A stretch of DNA of 64,000 nt from Amoeboaphelidium protococcarum X5. Taxonomy: Eukaryota > Fungi > Aphelidiomycota. The number at the start of each line of letters is the position of its first letter. Position 1 is the first letter of the stretch. This document shows positions 25,216 through 38,257 of the stretch, one piece after another. Under the pieces are notes generated by a model. That model saw only the letters and a program-made list of their open reading frames with translations. It had not been told where the DNA came from and ran no database searches. Both the position numbers and the translations under genes were made by a program. The stretch is taken from positions 391,484-455,483 of the forward strand of contig JALDTO010000154.1 in assembly GCA_023515725.1 (NCBI GenBank). The letters run 5' to 3'.

Positions 25216-25467
25216 CACTGATATAGTATTGCTTTATTGATGACTGCTAAAAACCATTTTAATTCTATGAATGCAGCCTCTTTGGTGCTACTTTACTCCT
25301 TGACACACTGAAGCGGATTTTGATCTGATTGGTCCAATTTCAACTTTTATCACGATCTCAAAATTTAGACGTTCAATAGCCATTCCTTTTTGCTTAACTC
25401 TTGGTTAATAATTGCAGAAAATAACTAGAAAGTAGTAGTATATTCTTTATAAAATTCTTTAATTCAA

Positions 25468-26628
25468 ATGTCATCGTTAGCGATTAATATGGCCACGATT
25501 ATAGGGCTACCTTGGATTATATCGAAAGCATTTAGCCGTATGAAGGGACGCGGTGGAGATAAGCCACAAGTTGATACTTAATCTGAGAAAGCTAGAAAGT
25601 TATTCGCCATTGAGCGGCTAGTATCCGTGGTGTTAATGCTTTATGCCGTCTACTATATGCTAATGACTGCCATATATCCAATGCCATCGATATTTCGCTC
25701 ATTGCGAGTATCTCATAATGCACCCAATTTCCAGGTAAGAAACGCGTACATTGATTACATGGCTACTCTGCGCTCTGATTCCGCTGCAGCTAATCTGACT
25801 CGAGATTCTAAATATAATTATATCAGACCTCTGACAAAAGCGAGACTGGTCAACTATGATACTACCCAAGCTCTGGAGTAGACTTAGTCGTACGATTAGT
25901 TTATCACATCCTTGTATGAGCTGGTTAAAAGCAAAGAGCTGAAGCAGTATTACACTCGATACGGCCATGACACGTTTATAAAATGTACTTGGTGTCAAGG
26001 TTTGTACGACTACGGAGCAGTGTATTCATCTCACACTCTTTATGAGTATGTACACTTTATTGTGTTCATCGCGCTTGTTCTAGTATCGGAGAATGCACTT
26101 GTGGCATGGAAATACGGGACATCCAGTAGACGTAGTGGAATGTTTGTATTCTGCTCTGGAATCGTCCTCTCGGTTCTTTGTGCTGATATTGCTTAGTCAT
26201 TCATGGCACAAGAGTATTTTAATGAAATATTGGACGTGTATACAATGTCTTTTGGATTTCTAGATGATGACACTATGGCATCAAGTCTCATGACTCATGA
26301 TTACGTTGTGATAATGCGTCGCTCTGCCTTTGCACTAGTCTTGCTAATCTTGGTCTACTCCCCTCTACGTCCACTTCAAGACGGCGAGAAACTACACGCG
26401 CTTCTTATGCGTTAGATCAATTGTCTCCAAATGACTCGTCTCACTGAATTGAGATTGCAGACACTGAAGCGAGATGAGCGTCTAATGAGTGAATTTGCTT
26501 CCCAAAGCGCAAATGCTTAGAAGTCTTCTCATTTGCCCGATAAAGAGGAAGAAATTGTGTCTCTTATATCCAAAGATGTTAGGAATGCTAGCGATACATC
26601 GCCGCATATGAATTTGAGAAAGCGATGA
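25468..26628 (+). CDS. multi-pass membrane protein of unknown function (386 aa)
   Basis: Four standard-code fragments join through TAR codons. Several hydrophobic helices and a YYTRYG...KCTWC motif. Confidence 0.75.
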
Positions 26629-26827
26629 TTAACAGTGCTGGTCATTTCTAAACCTTTGCAACTTCCTATTACCTTTATTGAGTCTCTTTGATATTTCACA
26701 ATCTTTCTCGCACTGCTCCGTTTTGATTTTCTCCAGGCCGTTTTTGAGTTCATTTGAACCGTTTAGTGTTTATTATTGCGACAGCAAGAAATTCATTTAA
26801 AAAACTTGCTTATTAAAATAGAGTTTG

Positions 26828-27889
26828 ATGGATATGAATAATCATTTTTGTCATGGATGCGGAATTACTTTTTACTCGGAATTACCATCTGCTGATCTGT
26901 CTGATGCCCAGTAATCACAACCATAGTGTCCTAGGTGTGGAAGTGAGTTTGTCGAGTTGATGGAAGATGGAGATAATCGGGATGCTGACTATGAAGTTAT
27001 CGATGCCGAAGATCCTGATATTCCGGACATTTCTGGTAGTTAATCATAAATTCCACCATTGGACATTAATGCAGTTTTATAAGGCTTATTCGGCACACCG
27101 TTCAGTGTACCTAATAGAGGTTAGTAATCGAACGCTTAACAATAAGGGAATAATAATGGCTCATCTGGCGGAAATAATAGATCTTAATCTACTGGACAGT
27201 AGAATAATTTAAATCAACAATCATAGCGATAGTAGTAACCGTATACAAGAACCTTCCGCTTTGGTCCTAATCAGACGTCATCATTCTCATTCTCATATGG
27301 TCCGGGTGGTGGTGGTATGTTCTCTGGCAATGGAGGTTCACAATAGTAAGAGGATGTGCAAAATATTAACGAATTGTTTTAATAATTCTTTCAATAAGCA
27401 CTAGGCGCGTAAGGTGGTCTATTTAATCAAGACCAGGTGAGGAATATGATGGGCGTGGTTGGAAATCCTGGCGATTATGCATGGGGAGCCAATGGAATGG
27501 ATGATGTGATCACGCGTCTAATGGAGCAATTTGGAAGTGCTCATAATAAGAATAAACCAGCATCAGATGATGATATTGCAAAGTTGAAGCGGTTCAAGTA
27601 TGAAAGTCGGTCGAGTGATGGCAAGTAGGAGAGCGATGAATGCGCTATTTGTAAAGACGAATTTGTGGATGGAGATAAACTGTGTTCACTCCCGTAGTGT
27701 AAGCATTATTTTCATGAACAATGCATTGTACAGTGGCTCAAGACTAGCGATACATGTCCCATTGATAGGCGGCATCTCTCAGACTAGCCTACCACATCGT
27801 CATCATCATAGTAAAGTAGTAACAGTTCAACTGGACAACAAGATAATAATGCTAGCTCTCATGAACGGCGATCGTCATAAACTAAATGA
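26828..27889 (+). CDS. RNF126/RNF115-like RING-H2 E3 ubiquitin ligase
   Basis: N-terminal zinc ribbon FCHGC...CPRCGSEFVE, then NPGDYAWG..GMDDVITRLMEQ, then RING CAIC...CKHYFHEQC...CPID. Confidence 0.9.
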
Positions 27890-27965
27890 GTAATTATAAA
27901 CTAATAGAAGTCAAGATCCATTAAAATCATAGTGATAAACACCCTTATTTCTACATTATTAATAG

Positions 27966-28241
27966 TCATACACTTGCGCTATTACTCAGAAGGGGCGACA
28001 TTATGAGGACACCATCTCCGCGCACAAATAACATTGGCATATTCCTGATTTGAGGTTGCACCTGCTCAGTGTCTTCATTCACAATCAAAGTCTTCTCAGT
28101 GACATCCTATAGAACCATGTTCAGATGTCCATCATAAGCATTCAACCGACCAGTCAGCTCTCTTCCGCCTCTCAGCTTTATAAATACCTTTTCATCCAGT
28201 GTAAGTGCTAGAAGATCAAATGGCTATTTTATTTAATTCAT
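27966..28241 (-). CDS. LSM3: U6 snRNA-associated Sm-like protein LSm3
   Basis: [38 protein letters not shown]...[14 protein letters not shown]. Confidence 0.92.
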
Positions 28242-28428
28242 ACTCTGAATGCGATTGTTGTAATTATATTTCACAGAACCGCGATTTTATTGATCTTAAA
28301 GTACAGAGAGAGAACAGCGGATGAACAAGAGGAAAGCGCTCAGCGATATTCTTGGAAGCGATATCTACAGTATTTAAAGAAAGGGCGGTTTTAAAGTCAT
28401 TAGATAACAATCAGTGTGTTAGAGAGCA

Positions 28429-29085
28429 ATGTATACTCTTTTAAGTGGTTTATATCGGCATTTGACAAGGAAGGAAGAATATAACATTCTGGTACTGGGA
28501 CTGGATAACTCTGGAAAGACTACAATGCTGGAGCGAATAAAGTCAATCTACACGGGTGCTAAAGGACTTCCACCAGAGAAGATCAATCCGACAATTGGTC
28601 TGAACATTTGCAAAGTTGACATGCAGTCAATTCGGCTCAACTTTTGGGATTTAGGTACGTGTCAGTCGTGATATAATCAGAAGATCGAAATAATAAAGAA
28701 GTAATGTGTAGGTGGATAAACTGATTTGTAATCAATATGGGATTCCTACTATGCCGAATGTCATGCAATCATATTCATGGTCGACAGCACGGACAGAGAG
28801 CGAATAGAAGAGGTAAAGATGGTGTTTGATAAAATAATCTCCAATGATCAAGTGGAAGGTGTACCTATTCTCATGCTAGCCAACAAGTAAGACTTGACAC
28901 TATCGCTCAAGATTGAGCAGGTGAAGGAGATATTTAATCAGATCGCCGTAAAGTTGAGTGCGCGCGAGAGTAACGTTCTGCCGCTGTGTGCTCTGACGGG
29001 CGACGGCGTGCGGGAAAGTGTTGACTGGCTGCACTCGCGTCTACTACGTAACAAGGATAATCGGCCACCTGTTTATAAAGAATGA
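28429..29085 (+). CDS. ARFRP1: ARF-related protein 1 (yeast Arl3); intron 28655-28711
   Basis: MYTLLSGLY start, GLDNSGKTT, and WDLGGQ restored across a 57-nt GT-AG intron, then LANKQD. Confidence 0.94.
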
Positions 29086-29117
29086 GATTTTGTAAATTTT
29101 ACAGTGCCACGTCATCA

Positions 29118-29516
29118 TCATTAGTTGCTATTACAGTTGTTTTGGACATTCTTGTCTACTATCACTTGCTTTATCCTTTCCAGATTTGCTCTACAATCAT
29201 CATAATTACTTTCATCATCAGTTTTCAAACGATTGTCCGGAGATGAACTTACTGAGCAGTTTATAGTTCTGGCAGGTATATAGTAGATTTTAGACGTTCC
29301 AGTTCTTCAATAGTTTTATTGGAACCATCAATGGAGCAGACTTTCAGTTTCCATGACTCCACCTGATCGTGTAAGTTGGTCAGATGCTACAAAGCTTGAA
29401 TTACTATCGCTCTCGTGTGAATGAATGATCAAATGTACCTTGTCTAAACTCATATCATTATTATTCGGTGTGGAATTGATTGACTATTTCCAGAACACGT
29501 CAAATATAGAGTCCAT
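29118..29516 (-). CDS. small hypothetical coiled-coil protein, two predicted introns
   Basis: MDSIFDVFWKQ...; two plausible GT-AG introns give a continuous frame ending TAA-TGA. No homology recognised. Confidence 0.4.
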
Positions 29517-29743
29517 CACCCTTCAATATCAAAGCTGCGTAATATTAGATTTTTGAGAAGCGCGCGATCGTACAGACTGATGAGGCTTCAATGCCATTCG
29601 GTGATTAAATTTATTGAAGCAGTCTATAAATATGATTGCTATGGCTCCGGCATTGAAATTTGTTTATTGATTTTTCATTCATGAGATAAAGTCTAGTATA
29701 GTGTTAATTAATAAAAAGTATCTGAGTATTCATAATCAATACA

Positions 29744-31761
29744 ATGTCACCGCCATCATCAAGAGAGTTGAAACATCAGAGCATCTCTGGGCCTATTCGC
29801 GTGGAGTAGAAGGTCCATGTTGATAGAGATTTCAATTGGTCTGCATCTGACGTAAGCATCACATCGATATATTTTTGTTCTTACTAAGAGTGCTGAACAC
29901 ATATAACTATTTGTGTGTGTAGGATCCAAATAAAGTCTTTGAGTTGCAGAGCAAGTTGGGTGAAGGTGCATTCGGATCAGTGCACAAGGCTGCGTATCGT
30001 ATGACTGGATTCATTATGGCAATCAAAGTGATTCAAGTTGGCAAAAATGCAGCAAGTATAACGAAAGAAGTTGATCTACTAAAGAAGGTCAATCATAAGA
30101 ATGCAGTAAGATATTACGGCTCATGCGTTAGCGGTGACTTTGTGTGGATTCTGATGGATTACTGTGGCAATGGCTCTGTGCATGATCTGCTCGAGTTCAC
30201 CATCATTCCGGAGAAGAGTCTGCAATGGATTGTAGGATCTGCGCTGGAGGGACTGGTATACCTGCACCAGCTGCAAATCATTCATCGCGACATCAAGTCT
30301 GCCAATATCCTGCTCACGGATGACTGTGAGGTGAAGATTGCAGATTTCGGTGTGTCTGACCATGTTGCGTAGACGATAATGGCGCGCAATACAGTGGTTG
30401 GGACACCGTTCTTTATGGCTCCGGAGATTATCACGGCTAGCAATTACAATGTGCTAGCCGATATCTGGAGTCTTGGTATCACCGTGATGGAGATGGGCGA
30501 GGGATGTCCACCACTGGCGAGAGAGTATCCTAATCCGATGCGCGCCATGTTCAAAATTCCTTTTCTACCACCTCCGACGTTGCATGAACCTGAGAGATGG
30601 AGCAAGAAGATGGCTGATTTCCTGTCTCTGTGCCTCGTCAAAGACTTTGCAAAGAGAAGTAGCGCCTTAGATCTCCTGACCCATCCATGGCTGAATAATT
30701 TTGGTAAGTAGAAAAAGAGTCTGCAAGAGCTCGTGGTTGAAGTTAAGAAGGAGAAAGTCAAGTAGTAAGAGTTGGCGCTATAAATGAAGAATGCCAAGAC
30801 TGTGGTGGCACCTAAACACGTTCTGTTGCTACAAGAATACGCTCCTACTGCCAGCTCTGATGGAGCACAACAGACCGGTGCTGGTACCTTTATAGTTAAC
30901 TAGACCACAGTTTAAGATAAAAATCAAGCAGCTGGTACATTCATTTAGCATGATGTCGCGCAAGATACTGTCATTTTTACTGGCGGCAATAAGAAGCCTG
31001 GTGATTAATCGGCACTTTCAAAGGATACATCTAAAGCTAATAGTGCAGCCAGCTTGTTGAAAACTTTTGTCATTAAAGAGGAAGAAAGTGTAGAGGGTGC
31101 CAAAGGCGGCAATAACTACAGTAGTCAAACAATGGTTGTACACGAAGAAGTAGAAGAGGAAGAATAAGATGGGGATGAAAACGGGAACTCTGTAGCATAA
31201 TTACCCGCGGCGTCTACTGAATAGCAAGACTAGAGTAATAAAAAATCTTTGTTTGGACGTCTTAGAAAGACCTTCAGTGGTGGTGTTAATGCAGGATCAG
31301 ACAAAGGGGAGAGAAAGCGTAAGATTGAAGATTTACACTCCGTGGAGCAGATGGCCAATATTGCCAAATCGTCACCTCTTCGCAAGTCTGGAGAAGCCTT
31401 GAGCACTTCTGCTCAGGTGCATCCTAGTGGAAGTGGCGATGCCGAGTTACGCAGTGGTAAGAAGGGCGTCAAACGGTCAAAGGAGGATCTGAGTCAGGCG
31501 AAACCAGTTGAGGTATCCAATAAACAAGAAGAGAAGAGAAAATACTCCACAATTGAACGATTTCGCAATGCTGTACCTCTGCCATAAAAAGTCAACACTC
31601 ATCTCGTGTACTTGGGTATTATTCTACTTCTTCTGCTCGTAATCTACTATTATAGATCGAAAGTGGCTACGTACGAGTTGAAAATTGATAAATTAGTCAA
31701 AACCACCACCGGAAATCATAATCCACGTCAAAAAACTGCATTTTGCTCCCTGTTTTGTTGA
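29744..31761 (+). CDS. STE20-family Ser/Thr kinase with N-terminal CRIB-like motif and C-terminal transmembrane helix; intron 29852-29922
   Basis: Kinase motifs LGEGAFGSV, AIK, HRDIKSANILL, DFG and GTPFFMAPE. Exon 1 has ISGPIRVEQKVHVD. C-terminus has LVYLGIILLLLLVIYYY. Confidence 0.9.
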
Positions 31762-31885
31762 TCATGATACAATGATGATGAATGAATAAACTTAAGACTT
31801 ATACATAGATCTACCTACTCTTTAGTAAGCGTTTAAATAAAAACATGATAGTCTCACTAAACAATCATAATCATCTTTCACGACA

Positions 31886-33691
31886 TCAATGAATAATCTC
31901 AATCGCCTTGTTGTTTTTAGTTATAGAATTCGGTACTTTTTAGATGGAGCATTTGCGCAAATTCAACAACAGTATCTACTAGCATTGTCCAATAGCATCA
32001 GGAACAGATGTGATGGAGGTATGAGATACGTTCAAAACTCGCAAATTGACTAAACGATCAAATGAAATATTTGAAAGAGATTTCAGAGGCTCATTACCTG
32101 ATAGATCCAGTTCCTGTAGCTCAACCAACTTTGATATGGAAGAAGGAGCCTGCTTCAACTAATTTCTACCTAGAAGCAAAACTTTGAGCGCTTTCAGTTC
32201 AACAAAAAACTTGTCATCCACCGCGGTCAACTTGTTGCCTGACACATTCAAGTGGGTGAGCATTGTGCATTTCTACAGATCAGAGGGAAGTGCAGCCAAT
32301 TAATTACAACTAACATCGAGTCGCGTGAGAGACTTGAGCCGCGACATTCCATCCAGAGACGATAGCTGATTCTTTGCCAAGTCTAATACTCTGAGATTAG
32401 CCAACTGTAATTCAGCAAAAGAGGTGATGTTATTATTCTGCAAATACAGCTCTTACAACTTGTTAAGGCCAGTGACATTAGGCACAGTCTTCAGCTTATT
32501 GAACGAAGCGTCAACCTGGAGAAGTTCAGATGCCATAGAAAAGTCAGGTAACGTGGCCACTGCATTCTGAGATAGACATAGGTATTTCAAAGTCTTCTTG
32601 TTGGCTTTGATAACATTACCCCAGTTACTGACAGGTAGAGCTTAACCATAGGAACAATCAAACTCCACCAACTCGCTCTAAACTTTAACCTGAGTTGCAG
32701 CGACACTAAGAGCAGGTTATTTGGCGGATGCAGCCTGCCTTTAAGATGGTGTGAAAGATCCGAATACTGATGATGTCTACTTTCGAACTCCTTTACGCTA
32801 AGATGCACCACCATCATCGAGCACATCATCATTAAGGAAATCAGCGATATCATCCACCTAAATATTAGTGAGAATCTACCCAGACTTCTTCCCCTATTAT
32901 TATTATTATTACTGATCACTGAATGACATTAACGACGCCTTGGAACCATTACTACTACCAACACTTGCAGAATTGGAGACATTGGCACGAGAACTAGCTG
33001 AAGATTAAGATTGAGGAAGTTAAAGAGGTTTTCTAGACTATGAACTCTCATCTGCCATAGCAGAAATGTCATCTAAATCAAAATCACTTCCACCTGAAGT
33101 AGTTAAACTCTTTGCCGATTTGCCACCTTTACTGTTGGAGTTGGAAGAAGATCCAGATGTAACAGAGGTTCCTTATTACTAAAATACATCAGCCTTGTTA
33201 GAGCTTGAATTATCTTTAGCTCCATTATCATCACCGTCATCATCATCAAATCCGAGAAAATCTTCCAAGTCACTCTTGATGTCCTCCAGTCTGATGTTTG
33301 TACCCTGATCCACAGCTTGTTTCTATTACAGAACAGGATTCTACAACTTGCTCAACTTTATTGTACTAGCATCGCTGTCTCCTCTTACCTTTTTAAAATC
33401 CGATTAGGTGTCTTTTTCAGACTTGTTACTACTCCCATTATTGTTAATGTTTAAGTTTTGGATCCCAGTCACAGCATCCTTCGCTGCTCCCCCTTACTAA
33501 GTGTTACCCTGAGGCTTAAAGTTATCTTGATCCAGAGCACTTCTAGTCTTGGATGCCTATCTTATACTCGCTATCAAATGCTAGTTCTAATTAGCATTAA
33601 TCTTGATGGTGGGAACACTCTGCAAGTCATCACCATCCTCAGCATCATCGCCCAGAATCGCTGACCACGCCGATGTCTACTTTCCAGCCAT
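31886..33691 (-). CDS. leucine-rich repeat protein with acidic low-complexity N-terminus (601 aa)
   Basis: Repeated LxxLxLxxN units (LRVLDLAKNQLSSL, LTRLDVSCNQL, LKVLLLGRNQL, LQELDLSGN). Confidence 0.85.
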
Positions 33692-33960
33692 ATTTATCTC
33701 TATTTATTTAAAGACAATTTTAATGTAAATAGAAGATTGCTAGTCTCTAAAGACAATTATTATGATTAACAAGACTAAAATATTTAAAGACAATTCAGCG
33801 AAGAAAGGTGTGATACAAAAAGCCCGTTACAGAGTTGAAACAGTCCAGTCAGCCAGTTGTCTCCAACAAAAAAAGAAGAAAACAGCAAGCGAGAAACGCG
33901 CCAATCTCCAACTCGCACACATTCAGCTTCTTAGCGTCAGGCTACACTTTGAAACAGCTG

Positions 33961-33986
33961 TCTCTCTCTCTCTCTCTCTCTCTCTC
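33961..33986. repeat. (TC)13 microsatellite
   Basis: Directly visible in intergenic DNA. Confidence 0.9.
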
Positions 33987-34197
33987 TTATCAGCACGTAA
34001 TACTGATTTAATACAACTATCTCATTAACACTGAATACATGGAAGCTACTGCTAAATTTGGTGTTTTCTGTTCACGAAATTTTTTCACCACTAGATGCAC
34101 TTCTGCATTACCTTAAAGCGTAAGGTAACGGATTAGTTATTTAATCTTTAATTAAAGTTAAGTTCACGAACTAAATATCAATTATGACACAGTGTAT

Positions 34198-35181
34198 TCA
34201 ATTAGTTGAACATTCACACATCTGAGCGATACATGAACTTAGTTGAAGCAGAGAGTTGACTCCATCCAGTATGCGCATGTGAGTAAATCCAATGATTTTG
34301 ACATACTCCAGTTGACGCGCCTCATCCAACTCACGCATAAACTTGACAACCTTGAACAGAGTATTTATAATGTCCAGTGCAGAGTAACCGAGAGCGTAGA
34401 CTTCGCCCAGAATCTACACAGCCTCATCCACATTGCCCTGGATTGTACATGTCAGAATTTTCTTGATCACAGCCGGGTGGGGAGAGTCACACACCTTGAA
34501 CACGGTCTCTTCATTAACATGACCAAAGCCGGACCAGGTGGACTATAGATTATTGACGGCATTACGCAAATCACCTTCAGCACAAAATATCAAAGCCTCC
34601 AATCCCTCTGGCGAATAGGATACATTCTCCAGTTTGCAGATCGCCATCAATCTGGTCAACATCTCCTTGTCATTAAGCTTCTAATAACGCAGCATGGCAC
34701 AGCGACTCTGGATTGGTTCAATGATTTTATTGCTCAAGTTGCATGCCAGCGCGAATCTAGTGGTCCCAGAGTATATTTCCATCGTACGCCTCAGAGCCTA
34801 CTAAGCACCAGAAGTCATCGAGTCACATTCATCCAGAATGACAATCTTTTGTCTATTCGGTGGCAGGGTGACCTTCTTTTGGCAGAACATTTTGATTTTA
34901 TTGCGCACCACATCGATACCACGATCATCACTGGCATTCAGTTCTAGAACAGCCTCCGCAATACACTCCTTCGGCAAGAGTTCATGAGCCAGACACATAA
35001 TACTCGTAGTCTTGCCAATACCACTGGGACCACTGAGGATGAGATGAGGCATGTTTCCATCCTTGGCGATAACTTTCAATCTATCCACAATCTCAGCATT
35101 GCCAACCACCTCTTCCAGCACGCGAGGTCTATACTTTTCTGTCCACGGCACATTGACTTGATCCAATATTTAAACAGTCAT
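34198..35181 (-). CDS. RFC4: replication factor C small subunit (yeast Rfc4 / human RFC2)
   Basis: [54 protein letters not shown] and IQSRC. Confidence 0.96.
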
Positions 35182-36064
35182 AATAACGGCGCAATAAAAT
35201 GCCACAGCGAGATAATAAAGAAGAAGAAGAAGTAAGGTATATTCTAAACGTGTTACTGTACTGTACAAGAGTGGTACTAACAGTCAAAACAAGAATGAAA
35301 AAGTGAAAGCGCGTGCGGGTTTTCGCACAATTGTTCATTCCACTGCTGAGATTGAAGCACCAGCTTTAACCAAATGCCTCCAAGCCATGCACACCCACTA
35401 CTACTCGGCACGTCCAACTTTGATGAGATTATGGAAAAGGATGCTCTATTCATTGACAAGAGTCTCTTTATAAAGGAATTCATGAATGATGGCTCCGAGG
35501 TCATTGCTATTCTCCGTCCGCGTCGGTTTGGTAAAAGCACTAATCTGTCAATGCTCAAATCATTCCTGTCGTTGAATGCCCAGCCTAGGCACTTTGACCG
35601 CTACCTCATTGGCAAGGAGATTGATATTGTAGAAAAGCACTGTGGTAAGTATCCTGTTGTTGTGCTTGATCTCAAGGACTGTAAAGGTGATTCATGGGAG
35701 AAGATGTATAGCTCTGTATGGCGGTTTATTCGCGAAATGGTTCAGCGCCACAAGCGTGAGCTGGAGGATTCTATATTGTCGATGAAGGAGTATGGATTTG
35801 ACTATAGTGACCCTAAACCATCTAATAACGAAGTCGTTGTTGGCTCATCACTTCAGTGGCTTACCCGCGAGTTGAATGAAAAGTACGGCAAGTGTGTGGT
35901 TGTATTGGTGGATGAATATGACGCGCCTTTAAACCATGCATTTCGTCAAGGTTACTATAATAAGGCCTCATAATTCTTTGATCTGTTGTACTCTTCGGCG
36001 TTGAAAGGTAATAGTGCTTTGGAGAAAGCCTGTTTAATGGGCATTGTAGAAGTTTGAAGCGCAG

Positions 36065-36169
36065 ATATTCTATCTGGTCTTATACTGTATTTTTCACGAA
36101 TTAAGCGAATTAGAGACAGCAACGAATTTTCACTGCCGATCTGACTGTTGCGCGCGTAGTCTGGACTGA
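36065..36169 (-). ncRNA. candidate Fanzor1 omegaRNA (about 85-nt scaffold plus flank-derived guide)
   Basis: 85 nt between the stop codon and the element end. G-U-rich hairpins GGCAGUGA-aaau-UCGUUGCU and UUCGC-uuaauuc-GUGAA form on the minus strand. Position and size match characterised Fanzor1 loci. Confidence 0.6.
36085..36110 (+). repeat. terminal inverted repeat at the Fanzor1 3' end
   Basis: CTGTATTTTTCACGAATTAAGCGAAT. Confidence 0.9.
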
Positions 36170-38257
36170 TCATTATTGAGGGCGAGGAGGATCGTATCGA
36201 AGTGGAACCGGCCTTTCACCACCGTCACGATTTCTTGCCAGAAAGATGTAGCGAATGTTTCGTGCCGCATTCAAATCACGGTGCCAGATAGCTAAGCAAT
36301 TGTTATTTGGACAATAATTAATTCTCCATACTCGTGATTGAACAAGCTAAAACTCACAATTACTACATCTTTGACTGGTTCGATGCTCAGGGACAAAGCG
36401 GACTCTGCAGCGGTTCTTCAGCTCATAAAACAACCGCTTGTTAGGAGTCGAAGGATATCTAGGAGAAGCAGTGTCAAAGTTGACAGCGCCATATGCAATG
36501 ATGGTGTTTTGGTCAAACTAACCATTTTGGCGGAGAGTTAACATACGCGCCAAGTTGTCATAGGCCCTTTGACGCTTGGAGAATAGCTTTCTCCTCAGCT
36601 TTCGCCACATCTCAGGACGGTAGAAGCCAGTGAATGCATCTCTATGTTGCAGTACGTACTACAAATGTTAGATGATTCCCAGAAACGAAGTTGATTTAGC
36701 GGAAGGAATGTGGGCCATGGCATTAAAGATCTCTGGAGCTCTTTCATTCCATTCAGCCAACTCTTTTTCACCTAAATTTTCTCCGTTCTCTTCACGCCAT
36801 CTGGCAGTCGTGTAAACCAGCTCATGCTTTCCATTTGCAAACGGCGTCTGCTCGGTTGGAACATCTGGGATTCGGTCATCAGGACCACAAGAAGCAGCCA
36901 CAAGTACGCCACAATTGACGTCAATTCCGATTACGCGAGTTTCTTGGTTTACATCCAGTTCTTGATATCCGGTACCATAGAAAGCAAACCCGTAGCGGCT
37001 AGCAGGAGGGGCAGGATACGCAGGGCGTAAAACGGAAGCAGAACATCCAACACCATCGGATGTTATGGAGTAGCCAAAACGCCTCTGATTTCCAATAGTG
37101 GAGACCTTGTTTGATTTGAAACAATGTGACCACAAAGCTTGAGCATTCATCTGACGAACGTCTGGCAGATTAGCAGCAACACAAATCTCCTTCAATACAT
37201 TGGAGGTGATCAGGATGTGCCTCTGCGTAAATCCATTTAAAGGCAACAACGCGTAAACGTTAAGCAGAGGACCTTTATTGCTCAGCGGATACTCCTCCTC
37301 ATACATTTCATGGTTATTTTCAAATGTACGAAGGATACGCCACATGGGTTTCAGATACAGATGTCAGTTGTTCTGAAGACTAGGCTTGTCCATTGGAAGA
37401 TTGCAAAGGATGTACTAACGTGCGCGCGTCTCGTAATAGTCCAGGTAATATACCACCAATTCTCCGTTAACACAATTATCAATAATTTCTGCAGGATAAG
37501 GAGGCATTTCTTCAATATCTTCAGGCGGATCTATCAAGGCCAAGACGTAAATAGCAAGAGTATTAACATCATCTTCTTCCAAACAGAAGCCGAGATGCTT
37601 TCGAAACGTGTGGCGCAGCCATTGTTTCAGCCTTGATGGCAAATTTGTGCTTATATGTCTAGCGCAATCGTCATTGTGAGCTGAAGTCAAGGTAGTAACC
37701 ATGTTTGAGTAGCCTCGCATGTCACACCAAAACAAGTCAACGGGACGACGAGGAACATAGTGTGCTTCAATAAACTCGTTTAAAGCCGCCCAGTTGCAGG
37801 TATTACGATTAAACAGATCACGCCGCCTAGGATTAGCAATCGAAGAGCTGCAGAAGTTACGGATCTATCCATTTGCGCCAAAGCGGATGTCTAGCATTGT
37901 AGTGTCAGGATTGTATACCAAATGATTAAGCACGAAGGACAGAAGAAGTCTGCATGCTTGTACTTTGAGATCAGTACAACGCGAAACCAAATCGCTGATC
38001 TCTTGCTTTACCGCGTCAAGTTTGCAAAATACATTTAAACCGATAGGTACAGCTACTTAGGCTTCAGCCACAGGTATTCCCATATTGTCTTGTGGTTTGG
38101 CAGCATTTCGTGCACGAGGGACATAATTGGGACACAGTTTACTGGATGAGCGCTTGTGATCGTCACGACCACATGCTTTGCAATGTACTTCTCGTTGACG
38201 TTTACGCGGCGGTAAGGCACCACCGATATCTGCTACCTCTATAGGGGGATCTGCCAT
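36170..38257 (-). pseudogene. Fanzor1 RNA-guided endonuclease (695 codons) with one premature TGA at 37364-37366
   Basis: N-terminal Zn knuckle CKACGRDDHKRSSSKLCP, then YALLP, FGYSITSDGVGCS, RuvC-I VIGIDVN, IIAYG, RuvC-II VPEHRTSQRCSNC, CPNNNC, RuvC-III WHRDLNAARNI and a terminal RPVPL. Confidence 0.92.
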
